Source of the DNA: Gammaproteobacteria bacterium
GTDB taxonomy: Bacteria; Pseudomonadota; Gammaproteobacteria; S012-40
DNA: 64,000 bases
Assembly: GCA_029884425.1 (NCBI GenBank)
Contig: JAOUHV010000005.1
Location: 15,791-79,790 of the forward strand
Direction of reading: 5' to 3'
Shown: positions 41,481 to 51,859 of the stretch, piece by piece
Layout of the letters: every line of letters begins with the position of its first letter
How positions within the stretch are numbered: the first letter of the stretch is position 1
Program-made: the position numbers and the translations under genes
Notes under the pieces: model-generated
Told to the model about the DNA's origin: nothing
Database searches by the model: none
What the model saw: the letters and a program-made list of their open reading frames with translations, nothing else

Positions 41481-42225
41481 GCCAAACGTAGCACGGATAT
41501 GGATTGGGATATGGCTGTGCTTGCTGGTGGCAAGTGCTGGTGCGTTTGATCGCGCCTACACATTGGGTACCGGTGATGTAGTGTCTATTCAGGTATTTGG
41601 TGAACCGGAATTAAGCCTGCAATTGCGCATTGATGACAGTGGAAATATTGCCTATCCCCTGTTGGGAGAGTTACCCATCGCTGGTCAGACATTGAATGGA
41701 CTGGAACAAATTTTGATTACTCGCCTTAAAGGTGGCTATCTGATCGATCCCAAAGTCAGTGTGTCGGTGATCGAATATCGGCAGTTTTTCATAAATGGCG
41801 AAGTCAGCAAGCCCGGAGGGTATCCATACATTCCCGGTTTGACTTTGCGCAAGGCGATTGCTCTTGCCGGCGGCATGACTGAATTGGCGTCGGTTGATCG
41901 TATTACCTTGATTCGTGAACACGATGTATCACGCACCGAAGTTTCAGTAGATATGGAAGCCAAGGTATTGGCTGGCGATATCATTACGGTTAAAGAATAT
42001 AAAAAAATATTTATTCATGGCGAAGTAAGGAAACCGGGAAGCTATGGTTATAGCCCTGACTTGACCGTGAGAAAAGCGATCGCGTTGGCTGGCGGTTTAA
42101 CTGAGCGAGGTTCGGAAGGCAAGGTGACATTGCAGCCGGACAACGGAACAGGAAAGCGCGTCGAATTGCTGGACGAAAAAGTGACCCCCGGGGATTTAAT
42201 AACCGTTGGTGAACGGTTTTTTTGA
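41473..42225 (+). CDS. Short Wza-like periplasmic polysaccharide export protein (Poly_export plus SLBB domains, no C-terminal OM helix)
   Basis: 250 aa with signal peptide, a PES motif region and duplicated SLBB (ITLIREHD.../KVTLQPDNG...). Lacks the Wza D4 helix. Confidence 0.85.
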   Translation: MIKPNVARIWIGIWLCLLVASAGAFDRAYTLGTGDVVSIQVFGEPELSLQLRIDDSGNIAYPLLGELPIAGQTLNGLEQILITRLKGGYLIDPKVSVSVIEYRQFFINGEVSKPGGYPYIPGLTLRKAIALAGGMTELASVDRITLIREHDVSRTEVSVDMEAKVLAGDIITVKEYKKIFIHGEVRKPGSYGYSPDLTVRKAIALAGGLTERGSEGKVTLQPDNGTGKRVELLDEKVTPGDLITVGERFF

Positions 42226-42234
42226 GGGATGTAG

Positions 42235-44391
42235 GTGAAAAAACAGGATCATGCACGGCAGGAGCAGCCTGACGACGAGATCGACCTGCGCGAATATTGG
42301 CGAGTAATTAATCGACGCAAGTGGTCGATATTGGCGTTCGCCGGTAGTGTTTCACTGATTACCACGTTGGTGGTCTATTCTTTATCCCCGATATATCAGG
42401 CGACAGCGACTGTATTGATCGAATCGCCACAAAAAAATGCGACCAGTTTGGAGGAGGTTTATGGACTGGAACGAGTCGGCAATGAGTTTTTCAAAACCCA
42501 AGTCGAGATACTGAAATCCCGCGAATTGGTTGATCGAGTTGTCGGTGAACTAGGGCTGTTGGAGAATCCTGAATTTTCCATGAAAAACAATAATGGATAT
42601 CGGGAGAAGTTAGCATCTATTCTTCCATTTCTCCATCAGCCAGAGAAGGAATTAACAGTTGAAGAGCGGAAAAATGAGATTGTTCGTAGCATCTCGAGTA
42701 GTTTGAATGTTTCTGATATTCGCGGTACCCAGCTTGCCAAAGTTAGTTTTGAAAGCCATGACCCGGTGATGGCAGCCAAAGTAGCTAATAAATTTGTCGA
42801 TGCCTACATTGAGTACAATTTTGATATTCGTCTGGCAGCCCGAGACAAGTCATTGGCATGGTTAAATGAACGGTTGGGGCCGCTTAAAAATTCGTTGTCT
42901 GAGTCAGAAAAAAAGCTGCAGCAATATCGTGAACAGCAAGGGTTGGTGGATGTCGAGGGTGTCAGGAGTCTGGTAGCCAAAGAATTGAATGAAATCACCG
43001 TGGATTTTGTTGAAGCCAGGACAAAGCGGGCGCAGCTGGAAAACGTGCTTCAACAAATTGGAAATGGTGATGAATGGATCAACAATCCGACGATACTAAA
43101 TCACCCTGCGATGCAGAAATTGATTGGTCAGCGGGCCGATGCAGAGCAGCAGTTGTCCGAATTGGGGAAAAGGTATGGGGCAAAGCATCCGAAAATGGTT
43201 GCGGCACAGAACCAGCTTCTGGCCGTTCAGAAAAATATGCAGCAGCAGCTTTCAGGTGTGGTTGAAAGCATTAAAAAGGATTACCTGATAGCAAAAAATA
43301 ATGAAAATTCGCTACAAAAAAACATGGATAAAGTAAAGGAAGAAGTCCAGGATATAAATCGCAAGGAGCATCAGCTTAATGAGCTTGTGCGAGAGGTGGA
43401 TGCCAATCGCAAAGTATATGAGTCATTTTTAACCCGGTTTCAGCAAACGGGAGCACTTGGAAGTTATGATCAGGTGAATATTCGTTTGGCTGAAGCTGCG
43501 GCCGTCCCTATTTCTCCATCAAAGCCTAACAAAAAACTTATTATCGCACTGTCATTTATGGCAAGTATTATGTTGGCTGTTATGGCTGCTTTCTTTCTTG
43601 AGTTTATCAATAACGGTGTTCGCCGGATTGAAGATGTTGAAAATAAATTGTCGCAGCGATTGCTGGGTATTGTTCCCCAGGTTGCGGTTGATGATGAAAG
43701 CAGACTAAAACCAGAGAGCATATTTTCGGATGAAAATCTTCGTTCTATGGCGGAGTCAATGCGTGCCGTGAGAACGGCCATGTGTCGTTCAGGTGCGGAA
43801 AAATCCAAAATTATTTTGGTCACATCCTCTTTGCCTGGCGAGGGGAAGACGACGGTGTCATGCGCGCTTTCCTATGCATTCGCGCAGATTGAAAGGGTGC
43901 TGTTGATTGATGCGGATATGCGGAAGCCATCGGTTAGTAAACTATTTTCCATTCCGCATAAGCATAGGGGCTTGAGCAATCTGATTGTTGGTGAGCCCAA
44001 TGTTAGGGATTGTTTTTTAGTGCAGCCAAATGCCAATCTGACGGTTGTTCCATCTGGGGTTGTTCCTGCAAATCCATCGGAGCTTCTATCTAGCGATCGG
44101 TTTGCTATGATGCTGAAAAAATTGGCGAAACATTACGATCGAATAATTATTGACTCACCACCGATTCATGCAGTCAGTGATGCACTGATTATTTCTCGTC
44201 TGGTGGATGAGGTGGTGTATGTCGTTAAATCGGATGCGACGCCCTTGCCGGTTGTGAAGGAAGGTATTGCCCGTTTGCAGCAGGCGGATGTCAAAATGGC
44301 CGGGGTTGTTCTGAATCATTTTAACGTACGAGAGGCTGATTACTATCAGTACTACTATGGCAGTTACGACTACACTACAGCAAAGAGCTAG
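42235..44391 (+). CDS. Wzc-like polysaccharide co-polymerase / BY-family tyrosine autokinase
   Basis: Wzz-like N-domain with two TMs and a coiled-coil periplasmic region, Walker A SSLPGEGKTT, Walker A'/B, C-terminal Tyr cluster YYQYYYGSYDY. Confidence 0.88.
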   Translation: MKKQDHARQEQPDDEIDLREYWRVINRRKWSILAFAGSVSLITTLVVYSLSPIYQATATVLIESPQKNATSLEEVYGLERVGNEFFKTQVEILKSRELVDRVVGELGLLENPEFSMKNNNGYREKLASILPFLHQPEKELTVEERKNEIVRSISSSLNVSDIRGTQLAKVSFESHDPVMAAKVANKFVDAYIEYNFDIRLAARDKSLAWLNERLGPLKNSLSESEKKLQQYREQQGLVDVEGVRSLVAKELNEITVDFVEARTKRAQLENVLQQIGNGDEWINNPTILNHPAMQKLIGQRADAEQQLSELGKRYGAKHPKMVAAQNQLLAVQKNMQQQLSGVVESIKKDYLIAKNNENSLQKNMDKVKEEVQDINRKEHQLNELVREVDANRKVYESFLTRFQQTGALGSYDQVNIRLAEAAAVPISPSKPNKKLIIALSFMASIMLAVMAAFFLEFINNGVRRIEDVENKLSQRLLGIVPQVAVDDESRLKPESIFSDENLRSMAESMRAVRTAMCRSGAEKSKIILVTSSLPGEGKTTVSCALSYAFAQIERVLLIDADMRKPSVSKLFSIPHKHRGLSNLIVGEPNVRDCFLVQPNANLTVVPSGVVPANPSELLSSDRFAMMLKKLAKHYDRIIIDSPPIHAVSDALIISRLVDEVVYVVKSDATPLPVVKEGIARLQQADVKMAGVVLNHFNVREADYYQYYYGSYDYTTAKS

Positions 44392-44397
44392 GCGATT

Positions 44398-45090
44398 GTG
44401 TTTGTAGGAAAGATGAAAAAAATCGTAATTGTATTTGTCATGGTTTTCATCGCATATGTTGTCGTTCAGGCGAGTCGAATATTTTTAAGCAGTGCCAATG
44501 CATCCAGTGTTTACGCCCAGATTGCTTATTTGGAGTCCAAGCCATCGGTAGATGGCTTTCAGTGGCAAACTTTGGCGGAGAAGCTAAGTTTTTCACGTTG
44601 GCTGAATGGGGATAGCCCAGATTATCGTGATGTAGAGCAAATGCTTCTGCTGCGGTCGGGTGAAGTGCGGCCTGGAAGTGTCCTGGAGCAATATCGATTA
44701 CTGCTCAGGCAGCGGCCTTCGTGGCCCTATGCATGGTTAAATCTTCTGGTAGCCAAAGGTCACGCCAAAGAGTTTGATGAAGAATACCATCACGCCTGGG
44801 CGCGGCTGGCGGTGTTGGCACCGTGGGTCAAAAAAGTGAATGCCGCACTTCTGGTGGAAGGTTTGCGTGATTGGGATGAATTGGACGACGCTACCCGTGC
44901 ATTGGTAGTCGATGTTGTCGCAAACGGCTTGTCTATGCATCCCTCAATTGTCGACGTACAGTTGAAAGAATATCAACGGAGGTTCCAGCTTTGTGCGGAA
45001 CTGGAGGTAAATCAACGCGCCGTGCTGTCATGCACTGACGATGCATCATTCGATGCCGTTTTATCAACAGGCGACGAAGCGCATGAGTAG
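44398..45090 (+). CDS. Hypothetical membrane-anchored protein, 230 aa
   Basis: N-terminal TM; no recognisable motif. Confidence 0.35.
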   Translation: MFVGKMKKIVIVFVMVFIAYVVVQASRIFLSSANASSVYAQIAYLESKPSVDGFQWQTLAEKLSFSRWLNGDSPDYRDVEQMLLLRSGEVRPGSVLEQYRLLLRQRPSWPYAWLNLLVAKGHAKEFDEEYHHAWARLAVLAPWVKKVNAALLVEGLRDWDELDDATRALVVDVVANGLSMHPSIVDVQLKEYQRRFQLCAELEVNQRAVLSCTDDASFDAVLSTGDEAHE

Positions 45091-46564
45091 TCCTTATTTC
45101 TCTCATGAACGATGTGGTGTTGAGAAAGCGATTTTTACATTGCTGCTGGTCGTTTTGTTTATTGCGCCATGGCCACTGGGAAGTAATCGGGATTGGGCAT
45201 GGCCGGTGATTTCTGTCTTGCTGGCGATTGCCGCCTTGCTCTATGTTTGTTTTTACGGTATTTGCTTCACGGCCAGTGCGGCGCTGCGACAGGCGCGCTG
45301 GGCTGTTGCTTGTTTTTTGTTGCTCATTATCTGGCAAGTGCTGCAATCGTTGCCATTACCTACTGCTTGGATAAATGCTCTGTCGACTGGTGCGGCACAA
45401 CTTTATTTGGCAACAGATGCGCGACTGGAAAATGTGCCGTTATCGCTTGACGCTTATGCGACGTCGCTGGCTTGGATGAAGACGCTGACTTATGTGCTGA
45501 TGTTTGTGTTGTTGTTGCAACTGACAACCAATCGAACTCGTCTTCAATGGTTGTTTGGGGTGGTGGTGATCAGTGGCTTGTTGCAGGCGTGTTATGGCAG
45601 TTTAATGGCGTTGACCGGCGCGTCTCAGGGTGTCTTTATTCAAAATAATGATGTTTCATCAGCCACAGGCAGTTTTGTGAATCGCAATCATTTTGCGGGG
45701 TTCCTAGGTTTGTGTCTGGCAATGGGCACGGGCTTGTTGGTGGCAAAATTATCAACGACACCGGCAACAAATTTGCGCCAGTTTGCGCGCCAATCCCTTG
45801 TTACATTGCTGGGTGAAAAGGCGCGTCTACGCCTAGCGCTGGCGATGATGGTGATTGCATTGGTGCTGAGTCACTCCCGAATGGGGAATAGCGCATTTTT
45901 TATCAGTTTGTTGCTGACGAGTGTGCTGGCGTTGGTAGTGCTGTGGTGGCGACGCAAGCGCAATGGCAATCGGCGACATCATCGTCACTGGCGACCGGTG
46001 ATATGGCTAGTGACCAGTTTGATGGTGATTGACATTGCGATTGTTGGTGCATGGTTTGGGGTCGATCGAGTGGTTGAGCGCTTGCAAAATACCTCCATGC
46101 AGACTGAGTCCAGGGATGAGGTTAATCAGTACGGAATGGCGGTGCTGGAGGATTATTGGCTCACTGGGGTGGGCGGCGGAGCCTATTACGTGGTGTTACC
46201 AGGCTATCAAGATGAGAAATTCACTGGATTTTATGACCAAGCTCACAATGATTACCTGCAGTTTGCCATAGAACTGGGGGTGCCGGCCGCTATAGTTTTG
46301 GCAATGGTGGTGTTTTTGGCGCTGGCGGCGGCTTTGAAGGCGCTGTTGTTGCGCCGTTCCACGTTTTATTTTGGGGTGGCATTTGCAGGATTTATGGCTG
46401 TTTCGGGTTTATTGATGCACTCATTTGTCGATTTCAATTTGCAGATTCCTGCCAATGCGCTTTATTTTGTGACTGCGTTGGCGTTGTGTTTTATCGCTGA
46501 AACACTGGAGTCGAAGCGCTACCATCGTGGCGATGTGCCCACCCATGGAGAGCATTCATCATGA
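45083..46564 (+). CDS. O-antigen ligase / Wzy_C-family polytopic membrane protein (polymerase or ligase-like)
   Basis: ~10 TMs, FVNRNHFAGFLGLCLA and SHSRMG loop motifs typical of the Wzy_C family. An alternative upstream ATG lies at 45041. Confidence 0.65.
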   Translation: MSSPYFSHERCGVEKAIFTLLLVVLFIAPWPLGSNRDWAWPVISVLLAIAALLYVCFYGICFTASAALRQARWAVACFLLLIIWQVLQSLPLPTAWINALSTGAAQLYLATDARLENVPLSLDAYATSLAWMKTLTYVLMFVLLLQLTTNRTRLQWLFGVVVISGLLQACYGSLMALTGASQGVFIQNNDVSSATGSFVNRNHFAGFLGLCLAMGTGLLVAKLSTTPATNLRQFARQSLVTLLGEKARLRLALAMMVIALVLSHSRMGNSAFFISLLLTSVLALVVLWWRRKRNGNRRHHRHWRPVIWLVTSLMVIDIAIVGAWFGVDRVVERLQNTSMQTESRDEVNQYGMAVLEDYWLTGVGGGAYYVVLPGYQDEKFTGFYDQAHNDYLQFAIELGVPAAIVLAMVVFLALAAALKALLLRRSTFYFGVAFAGFMAVSGLLMHSFVDFNLQIPANALYFVTALALCFIAETLESKRYHRGDVPTHGEHSS

Positions 46565-47160
46565 AAAAATATCTGGTTGTGCTGATTTTGTTTGGCTGGT
46601 TGTTGGGTGCGCCAGTTCATGCCGGTGTGGCAGAGGATATTCGTGCTGGGGTGTCGTACAAAACGGCAATTGCCAAAGGTTTGCGGGCGGGTGAAACTAT
46701 TGAACAGGTGTTGCGACAAGCGTTATTTGCTGCCCCCAAGCAAAAAGCGGCGGTGCTTGCAGCTGCATTAAATACTGCGCCGAAGATGGCTGATCGTATT
46801 GTGCGTGCCGCTATTGGCATGGGTATCCATGCGGGCGATATGGTGAAACTGGCGGTGCGGGTTTTGCCAAAGCAATCTGAGCTGATTGTTGCGGCGGCGG
46901 TTGATGTTGCTCCAGCGAAATTGTCGCAAATATTAAAAGGCGCAGTGGCGGGTGGAATGTCGCAAGCTTCTGCAGTGGAAGCGGCAATAAAGCAAATGGG
47001 TAATTTGGCGATGGAGGGTCCGATGACTGCGGCATTGCGAAATAACAAAGCACTGGACGCAGTAGAGCCCGAGCTGGAAGAAGACGCCGTTGCGATGCCG
47101 GTAATGATTGTTATTCCGCCCAGCCGTGGTGGTGATGCGGATGTGGTTAGTTTTAACTAG
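46561..47160 (+). CDS. Secreted Ala-rich protein with internal ~33-aa repeats
   Basis: Signal peptide MKKYLVVLILFGWLLGAPVHA; repeats AAPKQKAAVLAAALNTAPKMADRIVRAAIGMG / VLPKQSELIVAAAVDVAPAKLSQILKGAVAGG. Confidence 0.4.
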   Translation: MKKYLVVLILFGWLLGAPVHAGVAEDIRAGVSYKTAIAKGLRAGETIEQVLRQALFAAPKQKAAVLAAALNTAPKMADRIVRAAIGMGIHAGDMVKLAVRVLPKQSELIVAAAVDVAPAKLSQILKGAVAGGMSQASAVEAAIKQMGNLAMEGPMTAALRNNKALDAVEPELEEDAVAMPVMIVIPPSRGGDADVVSFN

Positions 47161-47165
47161 GTTCG

Positions 47166-47912
47166 TCAGTGCGGTTTGGATTCGCTGATGAACGGTTGTG
47201 GGTTGCCTTGAATGCGCTGGATGCGTTTAGCCCTTTCTCTTTCCCAATCGCTGACAGGATCTGCACTGTTCCATTCATTAAATAATTGGCGTTGCTGATT
47301 ATTGATTGGCAGTCCATACGTTTTTTCAAAATAAAAATAGGTTCTGGCAATATCTCCCCGCAACGCGGGCGCAGGCTCGGTAATTTTTGCACGACTATTG
47401 ACTTCAAAATCGCAGGCGCCGTAGCGGCGTTCTTCGCCTTCAATTATGCCAAATGGGAAATTGCCCCGCTCGCTGTTGAGTTCGCCCACTGCAGGAACGA
47501 GATTGTATAAATCGCTGACCATGGCGTTGAACATCGGGTCGACTTTGCTGCAGCAATTTCGACCATTGAGCCATTTGCCATTGTTCTTCTGGCATTGGGA
47601 AAACTCGCGTGGATTTTTCCAGCACTGTCGCGTGTGACCAAAATCATAGGCGGGGACGACGTGTTCCCATTCGACATGCTGGCCGCGGCGCGGGTCTTTG
47701 GCGGCCTTGTAGCCGCACTTTTCAGCGGACACATTTTTCTTCGCATCAAAATCACAGCCGCAATAAAAGGTAGTGCGGCGATCGGCGTAAATTCCTTCAG
47801 CGAGTTTTTTTGCCTCCTGAAAGGAGCCAATGGCATGCGGCAGGGGAGGCTCTTGGTGCGAGCTGCAACCCATCAATAGAAACAGGCATATACAGGCGTA
47901 AAACGATTTCAT
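47166..47912 (-). CDS. endA: Periplasmic/extracellular endonuclease I family DNase
   Basis: Lipoprotein-type signal (LLMGCSS); TFYCGC... and EWEHVVP motifs of the EndA/Vvn family. Confidence 0.85.
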   Translation of the reverse strand: MKSFYACICLFLLMGCSSHQEPPLPHAIGSFQEAKKLAEGIYADRRTTFYCGCDFDAKKNVSAEKCGYKAAKDPRRGQHVEWEHVVPAYDFGHTRQCWKNPREFSQCQKNNGKWLNGRNCCSKVDPMFNAMVSDLYNLVPAVGELNSERGNFPFGIIEGEERRYGACDFEVNSRAKITEPAPALRGDIARTYFYFEKTYGLPINNQQRQLFNEWNSADPVSDWERERAKRIQRIQGNPQPFISESKPH

Positions 47913-48058
47913 GGGACATCCAGGCCGTTGGTGGATGGGATTGTAACGTCTTGAGCCGGGCGAAAACAGGCTCTGTGGCGCTTTGGCTAGGAAAAATAGC
48001 GGTCTAACGATACAATCAATCTGGATTGAGTCACCATTGGAGTCGGTTGGTTGGAGAG

Positions 48059-48514
48059 ATGAGAGCGCTTATATTTGTTACGGTTATTGCTATTGCCGCC
48101 TTTATCATCATACAGAGCATTAAAACGCCGCCGGAAAGCATGATGAGTGAGAAGGATAAGATTGAGCGATTCCTGACCGATTACACCTTCAATACGCCTG
48201 CAGAAATTACCGTGTTGCATGACCAGGAATCGTTGGATCAGGATACCCGAATGCGGGTCAGAACCCTGTTGTTGAAGAGTAACGAGGAATATCTGCCGAT
48301 GTCGCCGCGGATTTCGGATCAGGCGGACCGGGTGTTGGGCGCGCTTAAATCCACGGTTTCTGGCTATGACTTTGGTGTGCCGGTGGAGGGTGGTGCCAGC
48401 TACTTTCAGTGGCTATCGCCAACCTCAGAATGGAAAGTGTCATCACTCCAGACCGACAAAGGTCATTTTTCGCTGTGGGAACGGCGCGCTGATGTGTATC
48501 AGTTGACCAATTGA
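48059..48514 (+). CDS. Hypothetical membrane-anchored protein
   Basis: N-terminal TM (MRALIFVTVIAIAAFIII); no motif. Confidence 0.3.
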   Translation: MRALIFVTVIAIAAFIIIQSIKTPPESMMSEKDKIERFLTDYTFNTPAEITVLHDQESLDQDTRMRVRTLLLKSNEEYLPMSPRISDQADRVLGALKSTVSGYDFGVPVEGGASYFQWLSPTSEWKVSSLQTDKGHFSLWERRADVYQLTN

Positions 48515-48662
48515 TTTGTTGTCAGCGCGTCGCTGACAATGGCGCAGATGCCGTTTTTTCGGTGTCTGCGTTGACTTGATGAGCAATTAAGTTTGCGTTA
48601 AGCCCCTACCAAGCACAATCAGGCAACAAAAATATCTTGCCGCTGTTCCGGCGTGAACTGTT

Positions 48663-49256
48663 GTGTGGCTGAGTAGGGAGATGAGGCGCATGAAACAGAT
48701 CATACCGTGGCTGTGGTTACTCGTATTGTTCCCCATCGTCGTGTTGACGATATCCAATCCAATAAAAATTCTATTGCCCCAGCTGGCTGGCGTGAAATGT
48801 GTCGAGACCTGGCTTTGCGTGGAAGATCTTGCTCAGGCGGATAAAGCTCGGCAGTTGTATTTGCGGGCATTGGGGCGAGTGGAAAATAAATTATCCGCAT
48901 TTCAGAACAAGCCTTTGCTGGTTTTTTGTACAAGCCAGTCGTGTTTTTCCAGTTTTGGTTTTAAAAATGAGGCCGGGCAATCCATCGGTAGCATGGGTGC
49001 GGTGATTGCACCGCGAGGCTGGCTGCTGCATTTTGTGGAGCATGAGCTTATTCATCAATGGCAGGCGCAGCAGTTTGGGGTGGCGGCGACCTGGGCGGCA
49101 CCCCGGTGGTTGTCCGAGGGAATGGCTTATTCCATGAGTGGTGATCCCCGACACCAATTGGTGGCGCCGTATCAAGGCTATCGCGAGATATTCGAAGCAA
49201 AGTTTAGCCATTTGTCCAAAGATGTATTGCTGTTGATGTTGCGAGCGTCGTTTTAA
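48663..49256 (+). CDS. Hypothetical protein with an HExxH motif, possibly a metallopeptidase-like fold
   Basis: N-terminal TM/signal; VEHELIHQWQ. Confidence 0.35.
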   Translation: MWLSREMRRMKQIIPWLWLLVLFPIVVLTISNPIKILLPQLAGVKCVETWLCVEDLAQADKARQLYLRALGRVENKLSAFQNKPLLVFCTSQSCFSSFGFKNEAGQSIGSMGAVIAPRGWLLHFVEHELIHQWQAQQFGVAATWAAPRWLSEGMAYSMSGDPRHQLVAPYQGYREIFEAKFSHLSKDVLLLMLRASF

Positions 49257-49361
49257 TTAGCAGCACTTTTTTGCAAAAGAATGGGTGTTGCAGTTGTCAC
49301 ATTCTTGTAGTGAAACTATGATCATATTGGCCTTGTTTAAAGGCGTATACAAAATCAATAG

Positions 49362-50711
49362 ATGAGAAAACCTATGAGTTCCGAAGTTGTTTCCGGTGAG
49401 GGTCTTGTTCCAGGCCGTACTTTGCTAGGTGTTGCGGAACACAGTCAGCGTTATGGTTTACAAAACGAGTTGCATGTGGGTGCAGTTGAGTTGTTGAGTG
49501 CCCCAGTGCAAATTTCGCATTTGGCATTGTTGTGTCACAGTGGTCGCGCGGATGACGAGCGAAAATTAATTGCTGAGTTGTGCGAGCGTTTTGGCGTGTC
49601 GCCACCAACAGCGCAAAACTCGCATTTTAATGCGCAGTTAGGCATGTTCAAATTTAATTGGGAAAGACATACCGAGTATTCCACCTATACCTTTTTTCAT
49701 GCGGCGCCGTTTGATGTGCCGTTTGCCGAGCCGCCGATAAAATTGGTGCCCAAGGATTGGCTCGCCAAATTGCCAGGTGAAATTATTGTGGCGGTAAACA
49801 TTGCGATGGAAGACCGGAAGCGTCCTCGCCGTACGCTGGAGGAGTTGGCAGCGGTATTTGCCTCGAATACTGTCATCGGGGCGGAGGTGGCAGCGGGTAG
49901 TGCGGTGGTGTGGACGGATAACCAGATTCACCGGGATGGATTCGGGCGGATATTGATCCATGATGTGGATTTGAAAAAACGCCAGGCAGGACGATTGGTG
50001 CAGCGTCTGCTGGAAATCGAAACGTACCGTATGCTGGCGATGTTGCCTGTGCCGTTGATGCGCAGTTATATTCCGTTGTTGCCTACATTCGACCAGCGTC
50101 TTGCGCAGTTGACGGGGGATAATATCCGGGTGGGCTGCATTGAGGATGAGCAGCGACAATTGAATCAATTAATGGGGCTGGCGGCAGAAATAGAAAGTAT
50201 TTTTGCCAAGACGCATCAACGGTTTAATGCCTCATCCATGTACTACGAAATTGTTCGGCTGCGAATTTCCCAGTTGCGCGAGAAACGCATACAGGGTTTG
50301 CAGATGTTCGAGGAATTCATGGAACAGCGATTGTCTTCCGCCATGGGGACGTGCAAGCTGGTGAACCAAAAGCTGGAGACCTTATCAACCCGGGTTGAGC
50401 GAGCCTCGTCATTGTTGCGCGCGCAGATAGAAATTTCGATGGAAAAGCAAAGTCGCGATTTGTTGCGTTCGATGGATGAGCGGGCGCGGATGCAATTGCG
50501 TTTGCAAGAAGCTGTTGAAGGTTTGTCCATTGTGGTCCTCAGCTACTATTTGCTGGGATTGGTAACCTATGGATTGAAAGCGATCAAAGCCAGCGGATTT
50601 TATTTGGATGTCGAGGTGGCAACCGGCGTGGCGATTCCTGTTGTGGTGGGCGTTGTGTACATGTCAGTCAGTCGGTTTCGTCGCCGTGCCCACAAACGCA
50701 GCACTGAATAA
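49362..50711 (+). CDS. DUF3422-like membrane-anchored protein: large cytoplasmic coiled-coil domain plus two C-terminal TMs
   Basis: 449 aa; the C-terminal hydrophobic pair LSIVVLSYYLLGLVTYGL / VATGVAIPVVVGVVYM. Confidence 0.45.
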   Translation: MRKPMSSEVVSGEGLVPGRTLLGVAEHSQRYGLQNELHVGAVELLSAPVQISHLALLCHSGRADDERKLIAELCERFGVSPPTAQNSHFNAQLGMFKFNWERHTEYSTYTFFHAAPFDVPFAEPPIKLVPKDWLAKLPGEIIVAVNIAMEDRKRPRRTLEELAAVFASNTVIGAEVAAGSAVVWTDNQIHRDGFGRILIHDVDLKKRQAGRLVQRLLEIETYRMLAMLPVPLMRSYIPLLPTFDQRLAQLTGDNIRVGCIEDEQRQLNQLMGLAAEIESIFAKTHQRFNASSMYYEIVRLRISQLREKRIQGLQMFEEFMEQRLSSAMGTCKLVNQKLETLSTRVERASSLLRAQIEISMEKQSRDLLRSMDERARMQLRLQEAVEGLSIVVLSYYLLGLVTYGLKAIKASGFYLDVEVATGVAIPVVVGVVYMSVSRFRRRAHKRSTE

Positions 50712-50767
50712 GATTCGATTTGTCTGTTGCAGAGAAGGCGCAGTGAGATACTGCGCCTTTTATTTTT

Positions 50768-51859
50768 CTAGGGGCTGACTTTCCACAGAGCCGTCATGCC
50801 GGCGGTAATGTGGTCAGTGACATGGCAGTGAAACATCCATTCTTCGGCGGCATTGTCGGCAATCATGTCGACGGTTTTCATGCTGGTGGGTAGTAGTTCG
50901 ACGACATCGGTACGGCGGCCATTTTCCAGTACGGTCTCACCATGCCAGTGGGCGGTGTGTAGATCGACTTCGGTTCCCATGCCCAACAAATACCAGCGGA
51001 CCTTCTCGTTCTTCTTCGCCTCCAGGCCAGGTAGATTGGCAAAAATATAACCGTTGATGGCGTGCTTAAGATTGGACTCTTCCTTTTGTTCGTCGCTTAA
51101 TTCGACAAACTCGCCGCCGCCTGCCATGCGGTGCATGTCGCGCTCGCTGTGGTGGCGCTCGTGCATGCCATTTTTGGTGGTGGCAATGGGCACGGCTTCG
51201 CGGCCATTTTCGTCGAAGATCATGAACATGGTGGTGAACTCGCGATCAACATCTTTGGGGCGGGGATCGGATTCGCTGCGAGTCATGCCTTTTTTGGTGA
51301 TAACGATGGAGCCGATCAGACCATCATAAATTTCGGTGACCGAATCCACATGCGAATGGTAGGCCCAGACGATGGAGGACGGGTCGCTCGGGCCGGGGGC
51401 TGAACCGCTGTCAGCAGTCCAGGTGTAGGTGTATTTTTCCCCTGGTTTCACTGCGGAGCCGGGCTCACCATGCATGCCAGCACCTTCGTTATTTTTGTCG
51501 TAATGAACGCCGTGAGGATGAATGCTCAGGGGTTTATCGGCTTTGTTGTAAAAGTGGACTTTGATGGTGTCACCCTCTTCGGCGCGAATTTGTGGGCCGA
51601 GCATGCCCATCCAGGCAGGTTGCTCTACCGGCTGGCTGAAGCTGGCATCGGAATATTGCAGGTAACGATATTTTTTGTAGGTGGTTTGATAACCCCAAAT
51701 ACCCATGCCCATCTCGGGATGCATTTGGTTTTCGCCACTGGGGGCGTAGTCCCAGTCGACTTTTTCGGCGCTGATCCAGTATTCGCGGGTTGCGGCGCTG
51801 GCGCTGGTTGTTACGCAGGAGAGCAAAAGGCAGGCGCAAAGTAGCAGTTTTGACTTCAT
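50768..51859 (-). CDS. Two-domain multicopper oxidase
   Basis: Signal peptide; four copper-binding boxes HPHGVHY, WAYHSHVD, HTAHWHGE, HCHVTDHITAGM. Confidence 0.8.
   Translation of the reverse strand: MKSKLLLCACLLLSCVTTSASAATREYWISAEKVDWDYAPSGENQMHPEMGMGIWGYQTTYKKYRYLQYSDASFSQPVEQPAWMGMLGPQIRAEEGDTIKVHFYNKADKPLSIHPHGVHYDKNNEGAGMHGEPGSAVKPGEKYTYTWTADSGSAPGPSDPSSIVWAYHSHVDSVTEIYDGLIGSIVITKKGMTRSESDPRPKDVDREFTTMFMIFDENGREAVPIATTKNGMHERHHSERDMHRMAGGGEFVELSDEQKEESNLKHAINGYIFANLPGLEAKKNEKVRWYLLGMGTEVDLHTAHWHGETVLENGRRTDVVELLPTSMKTVDMIADNAAEEWMFHCHVTDHITAGMTALWKVSP

Noticed and set aside
45041-46564. Exosortase (EpsH) candidate to go with the C-terminal TM+Arg tails
   Set aside because: The motifs FVNRNHFAGF and SHSRMG and the overall topology fit the Wzy_C/O-antigen-ligase family better than exosortase. 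No PEP motif is present in the tails.
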